The position numbers and the translations under genes were made by a program. Positions 59,797 through 64,000 of a DNA stretch of 64,000 nt are shown one piece after another. The notes beneath the pieces were generated by a model. The model saw only the letters and a list, made by a program, of their open reading frames with translations. It was not told the DNA's origin and searched no databases. The stretch spans positions 62,304-126,303 of the forward strand of contig NIVC01002482.1 in assembly GCA_002269645.1 (NCBI GenBank), given 5' to 3'. This DNA comes from Macrostomum lignano. Lineage: Eukaryota. Every line of letters starts with the position of its first letter. The first letter of the stretch is position 1.

Positions 59797-61824
59797 ATGA
59801 CAAGGCAATTGAGGCGACAAGCAAATAAGGATTTGCTGGGCTTGTTCATGGAAGGAGAACAAGAAGCTTTGGAAGACATCGCACTGCAAGAGAAAAAAAG
59901 AAAAGTATTCGAAGCAGATGATTCTGGGAGAGTCGCCGGTTTCATCGCTTCGGAGTCCTCTGTAGCAGAAGTCAATGAAGGTACGGATCCAGATCTTGAC
60001 AACGACAATGGCAGCTATCCTGATTTTGACGAGTTCGCGCGAGTTTGCAGCGATGAAGATGAGGAGATTGACAAGAAAGAGGATGACCGCTCTTTAGAAG
60101 ATAAAATATTCGCCTTGCTGGTAGTCTACTTTTCTTGTTTCAACCTAAGTCGTGGATCTAAAAAATTCCTTGTTGATGGTCTAAGAGACATAGGCTTGCC
60201 TGCGCCGAAGTCTGTCAACTCTATTGAGGCCGTCATCAATGCTGGCGATCCAACGGAAAAATTGGAGCCCATGGGAAAAGGCCATTTTCGCTACATTTCG
60301 ATTCTGAAAAATCTAGAACTAATGTTTCGCAAAAACCAGCTGCACATGAAGCCAGAATATCTACAACACGATAGTGAAACTGAGAAGGTTTACAAAATTG
60401 AAGCCATCGTTAATTTTGACGGCTTGCCTTTGTACCGAGCAAGCCACTTCGGTCTTTGGCCCATACTTATGTCTATTCCCAGCATATTCAGCAGACCTTT
60501 TCCAGTAGCCGTATGGGCTGGTTGTGGCAAGCCACCTCTGAATGATTATCTTCGACAATTTTGCGACGAGGCTAAACGTTTTCTTACGGGTCCAATAAAA
60601 ATTATCGAAAATTTAAGCATCAGCTTCTCGACTATCCGATTTGTTTGCGATGCGCCTGCTCGAGCCTGGGTCTCAGTAACTCAAGGGCACATGTCGTACG
60701 TCGGTTGCATGTACTGCAGGGCTACTGGACCTTATACCGACAACAGAGTAACATTTTCAACGAGCGTCGGGGAGTCTCGTAGCAGCCAACAATACCGAGA
60801 GGGAAAGGAGTCTAACCAGGAAAATAAAAAAATCGCTCTATCGCCCCTTCTAAATTTGCCTAACATTAGTTTTGTCGATGCTTTTCCCCCTGACTACCAG
60901 CATGCCGTATGCCTTGGAGTCACAAGGAAGCTATTTTACCTATTTTTCGACAAATCTAATGGCAAGAAGTGTCTCGTCTATCCCGGTCCGATGAGCCTAT
61001 TGGGCGACCGAATTACTATGGCTGCCGGTTGGACACCTTCAAACTTTCAACGAAGACCCCGGAAAATCGACTTGGAACTGAAGCACATGAAGGCTACTGA
61101 ATTCAGACAGTACTTGCTGTACCTAGGACCTGTCCTCTTCAAAGGCATTTTAAATGAAGAAAGGTATAACCACTTTCTTTACCTCCATTTCGCCATTTAC
61201 GCATACTCCAACGAAAGGTACTCCAAGTGGTGGACGCAGGCAAAAACTTGCATTGAAGTTTTTGTTGAACGGGCTGCCCACCTTTACGGCCAGAAGTTTA
61301 TAAGTTTCAATCTTCACACTATTCTTCATTTGGATGAGTTTGTCCGAAAGCTAGGCAGTTTAAACAACTTTTCGACTTTCCCTTTCGAAAACTTTCTTGG
61401 ATCTGTAAAGCGCCGCGTAAAGGTGACAAGGCACATGGCAGCGCATTCAGTTAAGCAGGTGCTCAGAGTTCGCGATCTTCTGTTGAATGAGCAGCGAATT
61501 CCACCGTTGAAATTCAGCACAAAGCGAGGTGATAATTGTTGCATAATCGACAAAGTATGCGTCCTAATCGAAGCTGTAAGTGAAGCTAATCAAGTCACTG
61601 GCAGGATTTTACACCCAGTTGACAACATCTACGCCAACCCATATCCATCTTTGCGTCTGGGAATCGGCTTGTACAGGATGACATCTGGTGTTCTAACTGG
61701 CACACCTGAGCGAAAGTGCTGGATTTTGCCTGCGAATCTGCTTGCCAATCTTGCTGGAGCGGACAGGGATCCAGCAAGCCATTTTTTTGTCATTCCTCTG
61801 ACAGGTGACTCCGAGGAGGCCTGA
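59797..61824 (+). CDS. CMC/EnSpm-type DDE transposase, 675 aa, intact
   Basis: NFDGLPL..LWPIL, FVCDAPARA, GH..GCMYC, DYQHAVCLGV, MKATEFRQYLLY, NLHTILHL, FPFENFLG. Confidence 0.9.
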   Translation: MTRQLRRQANKDLLGLFMEGEQEALEDIALQEKKRKVFEADDSGRVAGFIASESSVAEVNEGTDPDLDNDNGSYPDFDEFARVCSDEDEEIDKKEDDRSLEDKIFALLVVYFSCFNLSRGSKKFLVDGLRDIGLPAPKSVNSIEAVINAGDPTEKLEPMGKGHFRYISILKNLELMFRKNQLHMKPEYLQHDSETEKVYKIEAIVNFDGLPLYRASHFGLWPILMSIPSIFSRPFPVAVWAGCGKPPLNDYLRQFCDEAKRFLTGPIKIIENLSISFSTIRFVCDAPARAWVSVTQGHMSYVGCMYCRATGPYTDNRVTFSTSVGESRSSQQYREGKESNQENKKIALSPLLNLPNISFVDAFPPDYQHAVCLGVTRKLFYLFFDKSNGKKCLVYPGPMSLLGDRITMAAGWTPSNFQRRPRKIDLELKHMKATEFRQYLLYLGPVLFKGILNEERYNHFLYLHFAIYAYSNERYSKWWTQAKTCIEVFVERAAHLYGQKFISFNLHTILHLDEFVRKLGSLNNFSTFPFENFLGSVKRRVKVTRHMAAHSVKQVLRVRDLLLNEQRIPPLKFSTKRGDNCCIIDKVCVLIEAVSEANQVTGRILHPVDNIYANPYPSLRLGIGLYRMTSGVLTGTPERKCWILPANLLANLAGADRDPASHFFVIPLTGDSEEA

Positions 61825-62615
61825 TGTAGGACGCGTGAGTCGCAAGTGAGTACTAAAAATATCTTTCTCTGGTTTTTTATATCAATCCGATTTCCTTCTA
61901 TCTCGATTCTCGTATTCCCTGTATTCTGCAATTCTGCAATTTCTTCCTGTATATGTTCTCAGCTTCAACACGCAGACATGATTGTAGATTGTGAGTTAAA
62001 TATTAGTATATTACGATGCATACTCGATCGCAACTGCCATTTTATCTTTACTTTTAGGATCCGCAGTTTCACGAGTTTACTACAAGCCTGGCGATCGGTC
62101 ATTCATGAACTGGAGTTATTTTAGAGACTGATTATATTGATTCTATCTTTATTGTTTACATTCTTGAACCCTAGAATTAGGTACAGCTTAAAATTCGGTG
62201 TTATAGAGGCCGGAGGGGTAATTTAGCTCAAAACTGTGTAGGAGGGGTGGAGGGGCCGGAAACTTAGTGGGAGGTGATGCCGCTGTATGTGGCTGAAATG
62301 GGGGATTTATTTTCTTAAACCCCAGTATACGAGTATGAAATACTAATGGTATTGTATACAGTATTCCTACCTCCAATTCAAGCCAACAGAATTTTTGTAA
62401 TATTTTACTTATCCCATTGATAATAATCAACTAGCTGCACAACTGTAATTTCCATCTGTTACCATCTGGTTTTACTTTTAAGCACATATAAAATGCTATG
62501 AATATTTTCTTTCTTTTGCTGGCACCTATTTTAGGTCAGATCGAATCAATACTTTCCGTATCAAAGTATTTATGTGTTTATGCTAGGTTGTAACTTATAA
62601 AATATATATATATGA

Positions 62616-63640
62616 ATGAATGACCGATCGCCAGGCTTGTAGTAAACTCGTGAAACTGCGGATCCTAAAAGTAAAGATAAAATGGCAGTTGCGATCGAGT
62701 ATGCATCGTAATATACTAATATTTAACTCACAATCTACAATCATGTCTGCGTGTTGAAGCTGAGAACATATACAGGAAGAAATTGCAGAATTGCAGAATA
62801 CAGGGAATACGAGAATCGAGATAGAAGGAAATCGGATTGATATAAAAAACCAGAGAAAGATATTTTTAGTACTCACTTGCGACTCACGCGTCCTACATCA
62901 GGCCTCCTCGGAGTCACCTGTCAGAGGAATGACAAAAAATGGCTTGCTGGATCCCTGTCCGCTCCAGCAAGATTGGCAAGCAGATTCGCAGGCAAAATCC
63001 AGCACTTTCGCTCAGGTGTGCCAGTTAGAACACCAGATGTCATCCTCTACAAGCCGATTCCCAGACGCAAAGATGGATATGGGTTGGCGTAGATGTTGTC
63101 AACTGGGTGTAAAATCCTGCCAGTGACTTGATTAGCTTCACTTACAGCTTCGATTAGGACGCATACTTTGTCGATTATGCAACAATTATCACCTCGCTTT
63201 GTGCTGAATTTCAACGGTGGAATTCGCTGCTCATTCAACAGAAGATCGCGAACTCTGAGCACCTGCTTAACTGAATGCGCTGCCATGTGCCTTGTCACCT
63301 TTACGCGGCGCTTTACAGATCCAAGAAAGTTTTCGAAAGGGAAGTCGAAAAGTTGTTTAAACTGCCTAGCTTTCGGACAAACTCATCCAAATGAAGAATA
63401 GTGTGAAGATTGAAACTTATAAACTTCTGGCCGTAAAGGTGGGCAGCCGTTCAACAAAAACTTCAATGCAAGTTTTTGCCTGCGTCCACCACTTGGAGTA
63501 CCTTTCGTTGGAGTATGCGTAAATGGCGAAATGGAGGTAAAGAAAGTGGTTATACCTTTCTTCATTTAAAATGCCTTTGAAGAGGACAGGTCCTAGGTAC
63601 AGCAAGTACTGTCTGAATTCAGTAGCCTTCATGTGCTTCA
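62616..63640 (-). pseudogene. Inverted duplicate of the transposase 3' third and its 3' flank (61079-62106)
   Basis: Reverse complement of 61079-62106. The differences I found were three 1-nt deletions in homopolymers and one substitution. Confidence 0.93.
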
Positions 63641-64000
63641 TGTGCTATATATAGTTCAGACCTTGTCAAGCCTCGCACGAAATTCGTCTTTGTTCTTCCT
63701 TTATCTTTGGTGCAATATGGGAATAGAAAAAACTTGATGACCTGCACTGATAAGGAGTCAGGACAGTTTGTTTGTTTCGCATAGGTTCGCTTAAGCAGGC
63801 AAGAACGGTACAACGTAGAAATTCCCATATCACTTCTCTAGCCTTTCTTCTAACCCCCCCCCCACCCAACTGAAATGAATTGGCCAAAATTAGCTGTCAC
63901 CTCTAGGTTAAAATAATTCCTTGCATTGCCCTGTCATTACGGGTTATTGCACTGGCCAGGAAATTCAAAACATTTTTCTAAGAGCAACTCAAAATGAGTA

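Noticed and set aside
55891-63975. Candidate termini for the EnSpm element (CCCAGTGGGAAATTC at 55891; TTTTCTAAGAG near 63970)
   Set aside because: No matching inverted partner or TSD found within the window.

Overview
Eukaryotic (metazoan) genomic DNA, rich in repeats and transposons. It is most likely from a free-living flatworm such as Macrostomum lignano. This is an inference from intron-poor genes, very long mini/microsatellites and a near-exact match to the M. lignano spliced leader as recalled from the literature. All recognisable host genes lie on the minus strand: an acidic low-complexity protein, a 5-exon CNBD2-like cyclic-nucleotide-binding protein, three tandem intronless KIF3A-like kinesin-2 copies (two intact, one degenerate), an IAH1-like SGNH esterase, a calmodulin-like protein and the 3' part of a Cys-rich membrane protein. 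Mobile elements: a very young full-length BEL/Pao LTR retrotransposon (814-7846, identical LTRs, 5-bp TSD), a 5'-truncated RNase H-bearing LINE, three tRNA-derived SINEs, four hAT-type MITEs, a CMC-type non-autonomous element and a CMC/EnSpm-type transposon with a divergent spliced ORF2. The 3' third of its transposase is duplicated as a ~1-kb inverted repeat. Highlights: (1) both LTRs carry a 31/33-nt copy of the host spliced-leader exon; (2) the IAH1-like ORF has no ATG of its own and would be completed in frame by the terminal AUG of the flatworm spliced leader; (3) a Mu-killer-like transposase hairpin; (4) mosaic gene conversion among the KIF3A paralogs.
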